DNA from: an uncultured Erysipelotrichaceae bacterium
GTDB taxonomy: Bacteria; Bacillota_I; Bacilli_A; RFN20; CAG-826
Assembly (NCBI GenBank): GCA_902803375.1
Contig: CADCPN010000002.1
Coordinates: 47,530-111,529, forward strand
Direction of reading: 5' to 3'
Length of the DNA stretch: 64,000 nucleotides
Shown here: positions 38,801 through 47,946 of the stretch, one piece after another
How the letters are laid out: each line of letters starts with the position of its first letter
Position numbering within the stretch: the first letter of the stretch is position 1
The notes under the pieces: model-generated
What the model saw: only the letters and a program-made list of their open reading frames with translations
The model's database searches: none
Told to the model about the DNA's origin: nothing
Program-made: the position numbers and the translations under genes

Positions 38801-39833
38801 TAAGGGTCATGGAGGCCTTTCCCTTTTTGTCCTCGTCTTCGCCTAGCCTCTTATAGCCGCCTTCTTCCTTCTCGTAGACGGAATAGTGGAGGACGAGGTC
38901 CTCTTCGCCGACATAAAAGGGTTCCGAGTTGTAGGTGGCAGGAGAGAGGACGGATTCATCGCGGGTTAGGGAATAACCCTTTTCGGTATTGGAGATGTCC
39001 GTAGGCTCAGCTTTGGTAAGAAGGTTTTCGTGAAAAGAGAGGAAATAGGCGGGGGCGTCTTCGATGTAGATGTGGTACTGGTAATCAGAACCGGTGCCGT
39101 AATTGCCATTCTCATCGAAGAGGAATTTCTGTAGGCCCACTTCCTTGCCAGGGGTGAAGAGGATGCGGTAGCTGCCGTCGGCGGAGATCACATGGGACTC
39201 CTTCTCATAGGCGACGACATCGTCCTTCTTCAAATCGATGGAAGAGATGTAATAGCAGTCGTAGGCGCTTTGATAAGGATTATAGGTGAGAGGCGTATCC
39301 GTTCCGTTCACGGAGATGGAGTACTCCTGCTTCTCGTAAAGCTTATAGGTGACGTGGCTAGAGGTGGCTTTGAAGCCATCCTTCTCCTCGTTATAGGTGG
39401 TCTTGGGATTGAATCTGACGGTATAGGTCAAAGCGGTCTTCTCATCGCTGAGGAAAGACTCGCCTTTGCTGTCGCCATAGCGGCTGCCATCAGAGCCCCC
39501 GACGTAGAAGGAGGTGCCGGTGGGGAGATAGACCTCATCCAGCTCATACTCGCCATCATCAAGAAGGGTCATCTTGTGGGAGCTGCGCTTGGCATAGTTC
39601 TCGGTGCTGATGCAGACGAAATAATCGTAGACGGGCGCTTCTTCTTCCTCAGCCGATGTATCCGGGCTTTCAGTATCGCTCGGGGTGTCCTCACCCTCAG
39701 CCGAGGTTCCTTCGGATGGAGTATCATCAGCTTTCACGGTTAATGGGCTAGAGGGCATCGCCGAGATGGCGAGGCCGCTTAGCAGCATTAAGGCGGAAAG
39801 AGTCATCAATTTTGAGGCTTTAGTCATTTTCAA
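35847..39833 (-). CDS. Giant (1328 aa) secreted/surface protein with a signal peptide, an acidic linker, Gly-rich repeats carrying a recurring VGGIAG core (GLUG-motif-like), a single C-terminal TM anchor and a ~65-aa Lys/Glu-rich cytoplasmic tail.
   Basis: Signal MKMTKASKLMTLSALMLLSGLAISAMP. Repeat cores VGGIAGLNLGEI, LGGIAGYSAGKI, VGGIAGVSNGEI, VGGISGYYGKV, VGGIIGFNSS, VGGIAGSMAKGS, VGGIAGVALN and VGGIAGTLSGD. Anchor WAWLTLAAASGAVLVLLVWLIVSIA followed by KKAKAKKEAKK.... Confidence 0.6.
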   Translation of the reverse strand: MKMTKASKLMTLSALMLLSGLAISAMPSSPLTVKADDTPSEGTSAEGEDTPSDTESPDTSAEEEEAPVYDYFVCISTENYAKRSSHKMTLLDDGEYELDEVYLPTGTSFYVGGSDGSRYGDSKGESFLSDEKTALTYTVRFNPKTTYNEEKDGFKATSSHVTYKLYEKQEYSISVNGTDTPLTYNPYQSAYDCYYISSIDLKKDDVVAYEKESHVISADGSYRILFTPGKEVGLQKFLFDENGNYGTGSDYQYHIYIEDAPAYFLSFHENLLTKAEPTDISNTEKGYSLTRDESVLSPATYNSEPFYVGEEDLVLHYSVYEKEEGGYKRLGEDEDKKGKASMTLTIADRGWYTFSFTDVDNNVAVTYKEETASYNGFYIASDLNGYLYGDNGDILLDDKYEMKEITESQEYYEEDYKQYRYDLVVPRGGMSFYITDGENKYKNGTKHIEIEDAGDYTLLFSEEHVYGLGRHYKFSKVDPEKDTEEVLISTAKGWNEFADKCNASASYSQKKIVRLTNDIDFSSTSLTPISYFQGTLDAGFHSFRNVYFDKNSSSYNIFNTLAKDGCVERLNIENAHFDCLDNDYVGVIGHNYGEVYSCSISGLLKGRRYVGFAAENGRSEYKDNETSDSTKQFRYGKLAKITSTAVTSGANDVGGIAGLNLGEITSSKNEGTLLGQSSNQNITLVNLGGIAGYSAGKISDVENKASVSSSNSAIYVGGIAGVSNGEIYFATNDASVTADRYVGGISGYYGKVEQNNADLEKYFNAMGYEGFMKEYFPNEEELDEQYDGAKAVVDYSANYGEVLGKSNVGGIIGFNSSADLSLTHSLNNGHVKGSVGENVGGIAGSMAKGSIKECLASSLVEGKKHVGGIAGVALNVASSYSSAEVSGEDYVGGIAGTLSGDMTSCISNVEILNEDASAHKGALLGEATTFVSATNSFSTSIKWNYYVGSLGGIDKAEYDSSYDDAAKALAPEALASNGSLSPNLSLHFDAEAYQAGEDSKAYPELRCFEEVKDNDAYGDESSFKSLFDAHKDKMSEVAKKNSRIAYLVSFMEFREENGDLYKEDGSLNKDAYSLNSYVRLFAGEKIKEAPAFLYASEKDGYMIYSGDKASYFASWDLPSDVDSSMKVYARYEEVSTSLFTSDSKVIVTGLFKKGTSVILEETYDGYILRFYCDGKEISVKDVNVKLEMEEGATLYKGSGAKLAKIDSKYDSGRYLFTYSTGERFSYEMAKKEILPTWAWLTLAAASGAVLVLLVWLIVSIAKKAKAKKEAKKVEESKKLAEEEKKRKTEERIAKMKASLAEKEKEEIAREKEQKAKIPATKSNSKKSK

Positions 39834-42195
39834 TATCCTCCTTTGGGGTATAGGTGATCATGAAGCGACCAGACTTGCGTTTTTTAAGGATCTCTCTGCC
39901 ACGGGAGAAGGCGTTCTGCTTCTCGGAGAGGGCCGTCTTGTCGATGAGGGGGTCCCATAGCAAGATGAGGGCCGGCATGACGAGAAGTGCGCTGGCGATG
40001 GAGATTAGGCAGCCACGGCATAGGCAGGAGCCAAGGGTGGCGATGAGCGGGTCACCGACGATGACGCCGATGAGGAAGCTTGCGGAGATAAGGATCGTGC
40101 CAGAGGTAAGAATGGTCGGGAAGCTTTGGTTGATGGAATCGATGATGGCCTGTTTCTTATCCGTATAGGTCTTGCGAAGCTCGGTGTAGCGGTTGGTGAT
40201 GACGATCGCGTAATCGATGGTCGCGCCCATCTGAATGGCCGAGACGATGAGGTTAACGAAGAAGTAACAGTTGATTCCGGTTAAGAAGAAATAGGTGAAG
40301 TTGATGAAGATGGCACCCTGGATGACGAGACATAGCGGGAAGGGGATGCCCCAGTTCTTGAAGGTGATGACCAAGACGACATAGACGAAGACGAGGGTGA
40401 GGATCGTAACGACGAGGTTATCCTTGGAGAACGTCTTGTTGAGGTCGTAGTCCGCCATCGCGTTGCCAGCGAAGATGACGTCGGGGTACTTGCCTTTGAT
40501 GGTCGTATTCAGACGTTTGATGAGAGCGAAGGTCTCAGGTGCTTCTTCCGCCGCGCCGATCTCGAAGACGACGCGGGAATAATTCGGGCCGATGAGCTGC
40601 TTTTCGGCATCGGTGATCTGACGTTTGATGTCGTTATAGGAGTCGATGGCATCAGGCTTATCGTTGAGGGAGGCGCGGATAAGCTCATCATGGGAGAAAG
40701 CAACGTCGCAGAGGTCGAGGAGCGAGACCTTATAGTCAAGCTTGTTGGCCTCATAGATCAAGACCTCCTCCGCGGAATCGCGGGTGTCCTCTTTGCAAAG
40801 CATGGCGTAGCCGGAGTAGATCTTGTCGCTGGCGGCATAATCGATATTGATGAAATCGGCGAACTGCTTGTAGTTGATCTTCTCGGGCAGGTAGTAGCTG
40901 ATGTCGTTTTTGGTAATCTGGGTATTGGCGATGCCCTGCGCCTTTCTCACAAGCGGCTCTTCGGAGACGGTATTGAGGATGTCTAATTGCTCAGCGTAAT
41001 CATTGCCAGGCATGACGATGACGAATTGAGTGCTGTAGCCGAAGACGTTGCTGATCTCCTTTTCGGCGATCATCGCGCTGGAGGGGCGCTCGGTATCGAT
41101 GGAGTTCTCCGCGTAGACGTAGGTGACTTTGTTAGAGGCATATAGGCAGACGCCAGCGAGGGCGATGTAGAGGAAGGGCATGACCCATTTGGTGTGGCCC
41201 GCGAATTTGCCGAGGAAGTTGACCTTTGGGACAAGGGATTTGTGCATCGTCTTGGAGATCGGCTTATCAAACATCAAAAGCAAGGCCGGCATGACGAAGA
41301 AGACGGAGACCATGCTCCAGACAATGGACTTGGCGAGGACGATGCCAAGGTCAGCGCCCAGCTTTAGCGACATGGTGCAGAGGGCAAGCATGCCGGAGAT
41401 GGTGGTAAGGGAGGAGCCGAAAATTTCAGGAATGGCTTTGCTAAGGGCATTCACCATGGCCGTTTCGGAGTCACGGGTGAACTGTTTTTCCTCCTGGAAG
41501 CGGTTTGCCATGATGATCGCGTAGTCGATGGCTAACGCCAGCTGAAGGATGACGCACACAGACTTTGAGACAAAGGATATCGTTCCTAGCCAATAGTTCG
41601 TACCCATATTGAACAAGGCGGCGATGCCGAATGTGGCCAGGAATACTGGAACCTCCATGAAGGATTCTGAGGTAATCAGCAAGACGACGATGATGATAAT
41701 GACGACGAACACCAAGACGAAGTTAATGGACTGCTGAAGGGTATCCGCGTAGTTATCCGTCAAATCGACGGAGACGTAATACTCATGGTCTGAGAGGAGG
41801 GTCTTGATGGTATTGAAGGCGTTGACCGTGATCGGATCGTCTTCCGTGCCTTCAAAGGTAACCGTGTATTTGGCGCAGGCATCCTTGTAATAGTCCGGGG
41901 TGTTATAGAAGTCGAACGGCTTCACGCCTTCGACGTCTTTGATCTTCTCATAGAGGTCGTGGGCCTCTTCATAGGAGATGTTCTTAACCATGAAGCTCGT
42001 AGAGCCGAAGGTATAGAACTCCTTGTCCATGATGTCGAGCGCGCGGCGGGTATCGGTGGTCTCATCAAGATAAGAGGAGATGGAATATTCGACTTTGGTC
42101 TGGGTCATACCATAAACGCAATAGCCGGCAAACCCAAGAAAAAACAGAAGGATGATCTTTCGGAATTTAACAACGAACTCAGCGATTTTTTTCAT
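39820..42195 (-). CDS. MMPL/RND-superfamily membrane transporter (YdfJ-like).
   Basis: 791 aa. Two 6-TM bundles (~aa 160-330 and 600-770), each preceded by a large extracytoplasmic loop. A 14-nt overlap with the downstream giant-protein gene indicates co-transcription. Confidence 0.6.
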   Translation of the reverse strand: MKKIAEFVVKFRKIILLFFLGFAGYCVYGMTQTKVEYSISSYLDETTDTRRALDIMDKEFYTFGSTSFMVKNISYEEAHDLYEKIKDVEGVKPFDFYNTPDYYKDACAKYTVTFEGTEDDPITVNAFNTIKTLLSDHEYYVSVDLTDNYADTLQQSINFVLVFVVIIIIVVLLITSESFMEVPVFLATFGIAALFNMGTNYWLGTISFVSKSVCVILQLALAIDYAIIMANRFQEEKQFTRDSETAMVNALSKAIPEIFGSSLTTISGMLALCTMSLKLGADLGIVLAKSIVWSMVSVFFVMPALLLMFDKPISKTMHKSLVPKVNFLGKFAGHTKWVMPFLYIALAGVCLYASNKVTYVYAENSIDTERPSSAMIAEKEISNVFGYSTQFVIVMPGNDYAEQLDILNTVSEEPLVRKAQGIANTQITKNDISYYLPEKINYKQFADFINIDYAASDKIYSGYAMLCKEDTRDSAEEVLIYEANKLDYKVSLLDLCDVAFSHDELIRASLNDKPDAIDSYNDIKRQITDAEKQLIGPNYSRVVFEIGAAEEAPETFALIKRLNTTIKGKYPDVIFAGNAMADYDLNKTFSKDNLVVTILTLVFVYVVLVITFKNWGIPFPLCLVIQGAIFINFTYFFLTGINCYFFVNLIVSAIQMGATIDYAIVITNRYTELRKTYTDKKQAIIDSINQSFPTILTSGTILISASFLIGVIVGDPLIATLGSCLCRGCLISIASALLVMPALILLWDPLIDKTALSEKQNAFSRGREILKKRKSGRFMITYTPKEDIEND

Positions 42196-42353
42196 TTTCT
42201 CCTCCTGTACGTTTATTGATATTGGTGTATTGTTATGTACACAGCTGTAATTGCTGCGTCATAACCATACACAACAAGACCGCATGGTCAACCAGCCAAG
42301 GGCTGAACATTATAACATGCTGTATAGTTATCAATATAGGAAGGAAATATTGT

Positions 42354-42947
42354 ATGAGTGAAACCAAAGACGACGTTCGCGTTAGAAGAACCAAGAAATC
42401 CCTGCGCCTAGGACTCATGGAATTATTGAAGGAAGAGCCCTTCGAGAAGATCTCCGTCAAAGACATCTGCGAGAGGACCATGATCAACCGCATGACCTTC
42501 TACGCGCATTACAAAGATAAGTATGACCTCTTAGACGATGCGATCAAAACCCTAGGGCAAGACATCTGGAAACAGTCGGTGAAGGAATCCGTCCTCGACT
42601 TCAGAGTCGATGGCCCGGCCGTCGCCGCGAAGGTCTCCGCCAACGTCATCGAGACCTGCTACAACCACCGTGATGAGATCTTCTCCATCACCAATTCCAA
42701 TAACGGGCTCGCCAGCCAGGTCCTCATGACCTCCATCACCGAGCTTGTCACCAAGCTATTCGACTCCATCGAGCAGCATTACCACCTCCGTTATGACAAG
42801 GGCTTCATGGTCAGCTTCCTCGTCGGCGGATATTCCGGTATTGTCATGCATTGCCTCGAGCAGAAGACTTTCGACAAAGCAGTCGTTGAAAGAACCTTCT
42901 ACCAGGTTGTCAATGATGCCCTCAAAGGCGGCGTCGTCACCAAATAA
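42354..42947 (+). CDS. TetR/AcrR-family transcriptional regulator, divergent from the MMPL gene.
   Basis: HTH region RRTKKSLRLGLMELLKEEPFEKISVKDICERTMINRMTFYAHYKDK. The start at 42354 follows AGGAAGGAAAT. The track start at 42216 is rejected. Confidence 0.7.
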   Translation: MSETKDDVRVRRTKKSLRLGLMELLKEEPFEKISVKDICERTMINRMTFYAHYKDKYDLLDDAIKTLGQDIWKQSVKESVLDFRVDGPAVAAKVSANVIETCYNHRDEIFSITNSNNGLASQVLMTSITELVTKLFDSIEQHYHLRYDKGFMVSFLVGGYSGIVMHCLEQKTFDKAVVERTFYQVVNDALKGGVVTK

Positions 42948-43103
42948 GGTCACCCGTTCATCTATTTTTGGCGTTTCTCGTTGTGGAGGGACGCCTTTTT
43001 CCAACGTTTCGTTATCTTTGCCATGCTAAGGCAAACAATCAGTCGGTATTCTCATTGACTAAAGAAGTGCTTGGTCTTATGTTTCCCTTGATGGGGAACT
43101 AGT

Positions 43104-43994
43104 ATGAAGAACTATATAATCAGCTGCACTTCTACCGTCGACCTCTCCAGAGAGCATCTAGAGAGCCGCGATATCAAGTTTATCGCCTTCCACTTCAATC
43201 TCGGTGGCAAGGACTATGAGGATGACTTAGGCAAGTCCATCCCGTTCGTCCAATTCTATGCCCGCATCGCCAAAGGCGAGATGACCAAAACCTCCCAGCC
43301 CGCGACGGGAAACTATGTCGAATACTTCAAATCGCTTCTAGAGAAAGAAAACAAGGATATCCTCCACGTCTGCCTTTCTTCTGGCCTCTCTGGCGACTTC
43401 AATTCCGCGACCCTCGCCGCGAATATGGTCCTCAGCGACTTCCCGAACAGAAAGATCATCGTCGTCGATTCTCTCGGTGCTTCTTCTGGCTACGGCCTAT
43501 TGATGGATAAGCTCGCCGACCTTCGCGATGAAGGCATGGGCTTTCTAGAGTTGGCCTCCTGGGCCGAAGAGCATAAGCTCGAAGTCCACCACTGGTTCTT
43601 CTCTACCGATCTCAAGTATTACGTCAGAGGCGGAAGAGTCTCCGCCACCAGCGGCTTCATCGGCAATCTTCTCCACATCTGCCCGCTTCTCAACATGGAC
43701 GATCAGGGACACCTCTGCCCCAGAGAGAAAGTTCATGGCAAGAAAGCCGTTATGAAAGCCATCGTCGAAAAGATGAAGCAGTTCGCCGAGAACGGCCTCG
43801 AATATGCGGATAAGGTCTATATTTCCATGTCCGCCTGCATGGAGCTCGCCGAACCCGTCGCCAAGATGGTTGAGGAAGCCTTCCCGAAGATGAAGGGCAA
43901 GGTTGAGATCAACAATATCGGCACCACCATTGGTTCCCATACCGGTCCAGGCACCGTCGCCCTCTTTTTCTGGGGCAGCAAGCGCGGCGCTTAA
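43104..43994 (+). CDS. DegV-family fatty-acid-binding protein (FakB-like).
   Basis: Typical DegV N-terminus YIISCTSTVDLSREHLESRDIKFIAF. Length 296 aa. Confidence 0.8.
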   Translation: MKNYIISCTSTVDLSREHLESRDIKFIAFHFNLGGKDYEDDLGKSIPFVQFYARIAKGEMTKTSQPATGNYVEYFKSLLEKENKDILHVCLSSGLSGDFNSATLAANMVLSDFPNRKIIVVDSLGASSGYGLLMDKLADLRDEGMGFLELASWAEEHKLEVHHWFFSTDLKYYVRGGRVSATSGFIGNLLHICPLLNMDDQGHLCPREKVHGKKAVMKAIVEKMKQFAENGLEYADKVYISMSACMELAEPVAKMVEEAFPKMKGKVEINNIGTTIGSHTGPGTVALFFWGSKRGA

Positions 43995-44045
43995 TCGAAG
44001 ATAAGAAAAAACGTTAGATGCATTTGTGCGCCTAACGTTTTCGTT

Positions 44046-44777
44046 TTACTTAATCGCTTCCGCTTCTTTGCTTTCGCGCAGGAAAGCATCTTCATCGCCA
44101 AGGCCAGCGCTCTTCAGCATCATCATGCCTAAGAGGAATCCGCCTTGATAGATGATATTCACGGAGATCTGAATCCAAGCCCATTCGTAATAACGCTTGG
44201 TGGAAAGATATCCCATGGATACCATCGCGAGGATGGAGATGATAAACAACACGGCAGCGCCTGGCTTCTTCATGCGGAAGGCCATATAGGTGAGCATGAT
44301 AAGCATGCCGGTCGCGCCGATGACCATGATCACGATGAAGGGGAGGGAGGATTCATAGACCTTCGCTTCCGCAAACGCCGCGGCGAGGATTAAGGGAAGG
44401 GAGATCGTTCTCACTTTCGTATAGTTTTTGTTGTGCTTGGTAAACATGCCTACCAACGCTAGGAAGATAACCAAGAACCCCAAGGACTGCGTGCTCGTGA
44501 ATTGCTTATCGAGAATCACGTAATCGATGGAGGCGATGCCGAGGAGGAGCTTATGCATCGCCTTTAAGACGCCAGCCACGAAGATCATGACCGAGCCGCT
44601 GGCGAGGAGGGCATAAGCCCCCTTCACCATTTTGTTATAGAAGCAGCGGAGCATGATGACTCCTCCTGCTAGAAACAGGCAAACAGGAACAAGGTCGTAG
44701 ATGGCCTGAAGAGCCATTCCCCAGCCGGGGGCTTCTCCAAGAGGGGTCTCAGTGAGGAAGGTAATCATACAATCCAC
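44046..44777 (-). CDS. Integral membrane protein (about 7 TM), hypothetical. It is the last gene of the TetR-led module.
   Basis: 243-aa hydrophobic ORF with a 13-nt overlap with the DUF1295 gene. Confidence 0.4.
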   Translation of the reverse strand: MDCMITFLTETPLGEAPGWGMALQAIYDLVPVCLFLAGGVIMLRCFYNKMVKGAYALLASGSVMIFVAGVLKAMHKLLLGIASIDYVILDKQFTSTQSLGFLVIFLALVGMFTKHNKNYTKVRTISLPLILAAAFAEAKVYESSLPFIVIMVIGATGMLIMLTYMAFRMKKPGAAVLFIISILAMVSMGYLSTKRYYEWAWIQISVNIIYQGGFLLGMMMLKSAGLGDEDAFLRESKEAEAIK

Positions 44778-45610
44778 TTCCAGTTGATGATGCTCTTAAC
44801 AGGGATGAGGCGGAAGAGGATTGGGGTCTTCTTCACATAGGCTTGGTATTCAATGTCTTCGCCATAGCTCTTGTTCTGTCTCTTCTCAAGACGCTTGGCG
44901 CCGGAAAGCATGACATAGACGAGGCAAAGGTAGCCGAAGATGGCGACAACCCACTGGGCCCAGCCATTGAGGCAGTTGCAGCCAGAGACGAACACGCCGG
45001 TCCAGAACAAGATTTCGCCGAGGTAGTTCGGGCAGCGGACATAACGATAGAGTCCGGTGTCGACGAAACGCTTCGGATTAACTTTTTTGGCGGCGGATTT
45101 CTGGTGGTCAGCGGTGCTCTCAAGGATGAGGGCAAAGACCATGATGGCGGCGCCGAGCAAGGGAAGAACGATGTTGGCAGTGCCTTCATATTGTTCGTTC
45201 ATCGTGCGATAGAAGATCGGCGAGACTTCACAGACATAAAGGACGATAACGGAGATCCAAATCGTGAAAAGGACAAAGAACGGTACCTTCTTTTCCTGTT
45301 TCTTGTCATAGATTTTGTCAAATCTCTTCTTGAAGGAAGCGGACTTGGCTTCGCGATAGATCAAGAAGCCAGAGAGACGGCAGCCATAGACGATGAGGAG
45401 GGCGCTTAAAATGAATCCCTGCCATCCCATAGACGGCATAAGCGGAGTGAAACTCATGACCATCATGGAGATGGAGAGCATGGCAATGGCGATGCCGTAG
45501 CCAACGCTCATGAAATAGACGAGCTTATAGAATCCGATGGCGCATCCTAACGCGGCAACGATAGCAAGGACAGCGATCGCCAGCGGAAATGCGGCTTGGA
45601 GAGCTTCCAT
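44765..45610 (-). CDS. DUF1295-family membrane protein (steroid 5-alpha-reductase / ICMT-PEMT-like methyltransferase fold).
   Basis: GLYRYVRCPNYLGEILFWTGVFV matches the GLYRYSRHPNYFGE family motif. 281 aa and multiple TM. Confidence 0.55.
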   Translation of the reverse strand: MEALQAAFPLAIAVLAIVAALGCAIGFYKLVYFMSVGYGIAIAMLSISMMVMSFTPLMPSMGWQGFILSALLIVYGCRLSGFLIYREAKSASFKKRFDKIYDKKQEKKVPFFVLFTIWISVIVLYVCEVSPIFYRTMNEQYEGTANIVLPLLGAAIMVFALILESTADHQKSAAKKVNPKRFVDTGLYRYVRCPNYLGEILFWTGVFVSGCNCLNGWAQWVVAIFGYLCLVYVMLSGAKRLEKRQNKSYGEDIEYQAYVKKTPILFRLIPVKSIINWKWIV

Positions 45611-45613
45611 GTC

Positions 45614-46468
45614 TTATTTCTCCTTCGGATAACGGGACTTGATGTATTCGGCAAAGCTGAGGTTGCCATACATGGTGTCGCCGACGAGATCATGGGTGAG
45701 GGTCCACTTGGAGAAGCGGATGAGCGCTTCTTTGTTTCCGCCTTCCTTCTTGGCCTTCTTGGCGAGTAGGTCAAAGAGGAACGCAGGAGCCCTAGAGATC
45801 TTGCAGGGCTTGCCGGCAGCGGCGAAGAACATCTCCGCGATCTGCTTGTAGGTGTAGGACTCTTTGCCGCCGATGGAATAGGTCTTTCCGTCGTCTTCGA
45901 TGTGCTTGACGATGAAATCGGCGAGGTCGGTGGTGTCGATGACGTTGCAGGGGAAGTCCTTATGGCCGAGGAGGGTGACTTTGCCCTTCTCAATCATCGG
46001 CATGAAGACCTTGGCGATGTCATAGAAATATCCGGTCGGGCGGAAGATGACATACTTAAGTCCAGAAACCTTTAGCTTCTCCTCGAACTGATGCTTGGCT
46101 TCGAGCATCGGGACGTTCGGGTCGCTATCGCATTTAATGACAGAGACATAGCCGAAGTTCTTAACGCCCGCGGCTTTGGCTTCCTTGAGGATGGCAAGGT
46201 TGCCATTGAGGTCGATGTCGTAGTTGGAGAGGGTCTTGCTCTTGCCGACGAGACCGACGGTGGTGATGACGGCGTCGCAGCCATCGCAGGTGCCCTTAAG
46301 GGTCTCCGGCTTGGTGACGTCGATGATCTTGGTTTCGAATTTGCCTTCGTACCCTGGCATTTCCTTTGGTTTGATATCGCAGGCGACGACGCTGTGGCCA
46401 GCATCGATTAGATGGCGAAGGATGTCGCTTCCGAGGTTGCCGAAAGCGCCAGCTAACATAACTTTCAT
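45614..46468 (-). CDS. NAD(P)-binding Rossmann-fold oxidoreductase (NmrA/atypical-SDR-like).
   Basis: N-terminus MKVMLAGAFGNLGSDILRHLIDAGHSVVACD is a GxxGxxG dinucleotide fold. Confidence 0.5.
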   Translation of the reverse strand: MKVMLAGAFGNLGSDILRHLIDAGHSVVACDIKPKEMPGYEGKFETKIIDVTKPETLKGTCDGCDAVITTVGLVGKSKTLSNYDIDLNGNLAILKEAKAAGVKNFGYVSVIKCDSDPNVPMLEAKHQFEEKLKVSGLKYVIFRPTGYFYDIAKVFMPMIEKGKVTLLGHKDFPCNVIDTTDLADFIVKHIEDDGKTYSIGGKESYTYKQIAEMFFAAAGKPCKISRAPAFLFDLLAKKAKKEGGNKEALIRFSKWTLTHDLVGDTMYGNLSFAEYIKSRYPKEK

Positions 46469-46489
46469 GATGGAATGGGTCCCTTCTTT

Positions 46490-47416
46490 TTACTTCTGTT
46501 TCTCTTTGGCGCGCTTGTCGTTGATGATTTTCATCTCCGCAGGGGTGATGACCTTAACGCCGTTTTCTTCGGCCCACTTAACGCAGCCTTTCAAAGCGGT
46601 CGGGAGGAAGATTCTCGGGACCTTGACTAGCATGGCGAGGGCATCGTCGGTGAACTGGACTTCGGTCTGGAGGCGCTTAGCGGCATAACGGACGCTGGAG
46701 ACGTCGGTTTCACGGACGGGGAGAAGCTCCGGGCGCGGCTTCTTGAACGGGGAGCACCAGACGTTCTTGGAATCGCGGTAGCCATAATCGACAGGAACGC
46801 GTGGGAATCCTTTGGCGGTGACGCCGTTGATGATGGAGTTTGCATACTTCTCCTTCATGAGGATCTTGTCGATGCGAAGGATGAAGTGGCAGCCGAACTT
46901 GGAGGTGATGCCATTGAAATCATGGTACGGGCCTTCGTAGCCATCAAGCTGACCCGGTTGATCGTTTTCAGCGTGGTCAAGTTCTCTCATCCAGGTGCAT
47001 TCGATTACCTGATAGGACTCGGTGACGACCTGCGGGAACTTCTCATCCGGATGCTCAGCGGCCATTTGCCCGTCCTCGAGGTGGAACTTGCAGTTCTTCA
47101 TCTTCTCGGCGGTGGTATCTCCAGGCCAGCCCATACGGACGGCTTCTTTGAAAAGCTTCTTGTCATCGGGGAAGAAGTTAATGGTGCACTTGCCAGTGCG
47201 AAGGATGTTCTGGGCGGTGTTGCTGGAGTTGCGGCACTCTAGAAGCATGGCGTAATACTCTTTGCCGGCGATGTAATACGGGGCGATAAGGGAATACGGG
47301 CCAAGGTTGGTTTCCCCGTTTTCGGCAAGGGTGCCAATCATGACTACCGGCATCGGGTAGAAGAGAGAGGTCTGATAGAAGTTATCGACCGGTCTAAGAT
47401 TTTTGAAGCTGCTCAT
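46490..47416 (-). CDS. Flavin-reductase-like (FMN-binding split-barrel) domain protein with a ~150-aa C-terminal extension.
   Basis: N-terminal RPVDNF...PMPVVMIGTLAENGETNLGPYSLIAPY...NSSNTAQNILRTGKCTINF matches the flavin reductase-like domain pattern. A 4-nt overlap with the TetR gene. Confidence 0.45.
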   Translation of the reverse strand: MSSFKNLRPVDNFYQTSLFYPMPVVMIGTLAENGETNLGPYSLIAPYYIAGKEYYAMLLECRNSSNTAQNILRTGKCTINFFPDDKKLFKEAVRMGWPGDTTAEKMKNCKFHLEDGQMAAEHPDEKFPQVVTESYQVIECTWMRELDHAENDQPGQLDGYEGPYHDFNGITSKFGCHFILRIDKILMKEKYANSIINGVTAKGFPRVPVDYGYRDSKNVWCSPFKKPRPELLPVRETDVSSVRYAAKRLQTEVQFTDDALAMLVKVPRIFLPTALKGCVKWAEENGVKVITPAEMKIINDKRAKEKQK

Positions 47417-47946
47417 TTGTTTCCTCCTGTAAGTGCTTGTTGGGCAAGATTGAGCATTGTGTCGGCGTTCAGCCCTTCTTCGATGGCTGCGCGAATCACG
47501 ATTTCGGCTGAGGCGTTAATCAAATCTCCGCTTGGGCTAATGCCTAAGACAGCCACTTCTTTTTGAATCAGGGCGGCAATCGCGCTGCGGAAGATCTTAT
47601 GTCCTTCCTTCATGCGGCTTGGTTCCCCATTCATCGAGAAGAAGGCATCCTTATGGTCATTCTCGAAGTCAGTGATCGCCTGACGGACGTCGTTTAAAAA
47701 CTTATCTAATGCCACGCCTGCTTCGATTTCTTTCTCAAGGCCGGAGTAGACGATGGTCCATTCCTCAAGGAAAAGGGCGACGAGCAGGTGCATCTTATCG
47801 GGGTAGTAGTTATAGACGCTGCCGATGGAGACGCCTGCGCGTTTGGCGACGCAGCGGATGTTGAGACCGTTGCCGCCTTTCTCAGAGAGTTCTGCTCTTG
47901 CAGCGGCTAGGATGCTCGTTTTTGGATCAGTTAGGACCTTTGGCAT
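47413..47946 (-). CDS. TetR-family transcriptional regulator, the first gene of a five-gene minus-strand module.
   Basis: ILAAARAELSEKGGNGLNIRCVAKRAGVSIGSVYNYYPDK is a TetR HTH. Confidence 0.7.
   Translation of the reverse strand: MPKVLTDPKTSILAAARAELSEKGGNGLNIRCVAKRAGVSIGSVYNYYPDKMHLLVALFLEEWTIVYSGLEKEIEAGVALDKFLNDVRQAITDFENDHKDAFFSMNGEPSRMKEGHKIFRSAIAALIQKEVAVLGISPSGDLINASAEIVIRAAIEEGLNADTMLNLAQQALTGGNK

Noticed and set aside
42216-42353. Extended start at 42216 for the TetR gene and at 48266 for the MFS gene.
   Set aside because: The upstream extensions (MILVYCYVHSCNCC..., MCKRFHIDIIADVL...) are Cys-rich or odd and lack an RBS. The internal ATGs are preceded by AGGA-type RBS sequences and coincide with the start of conserved domains.
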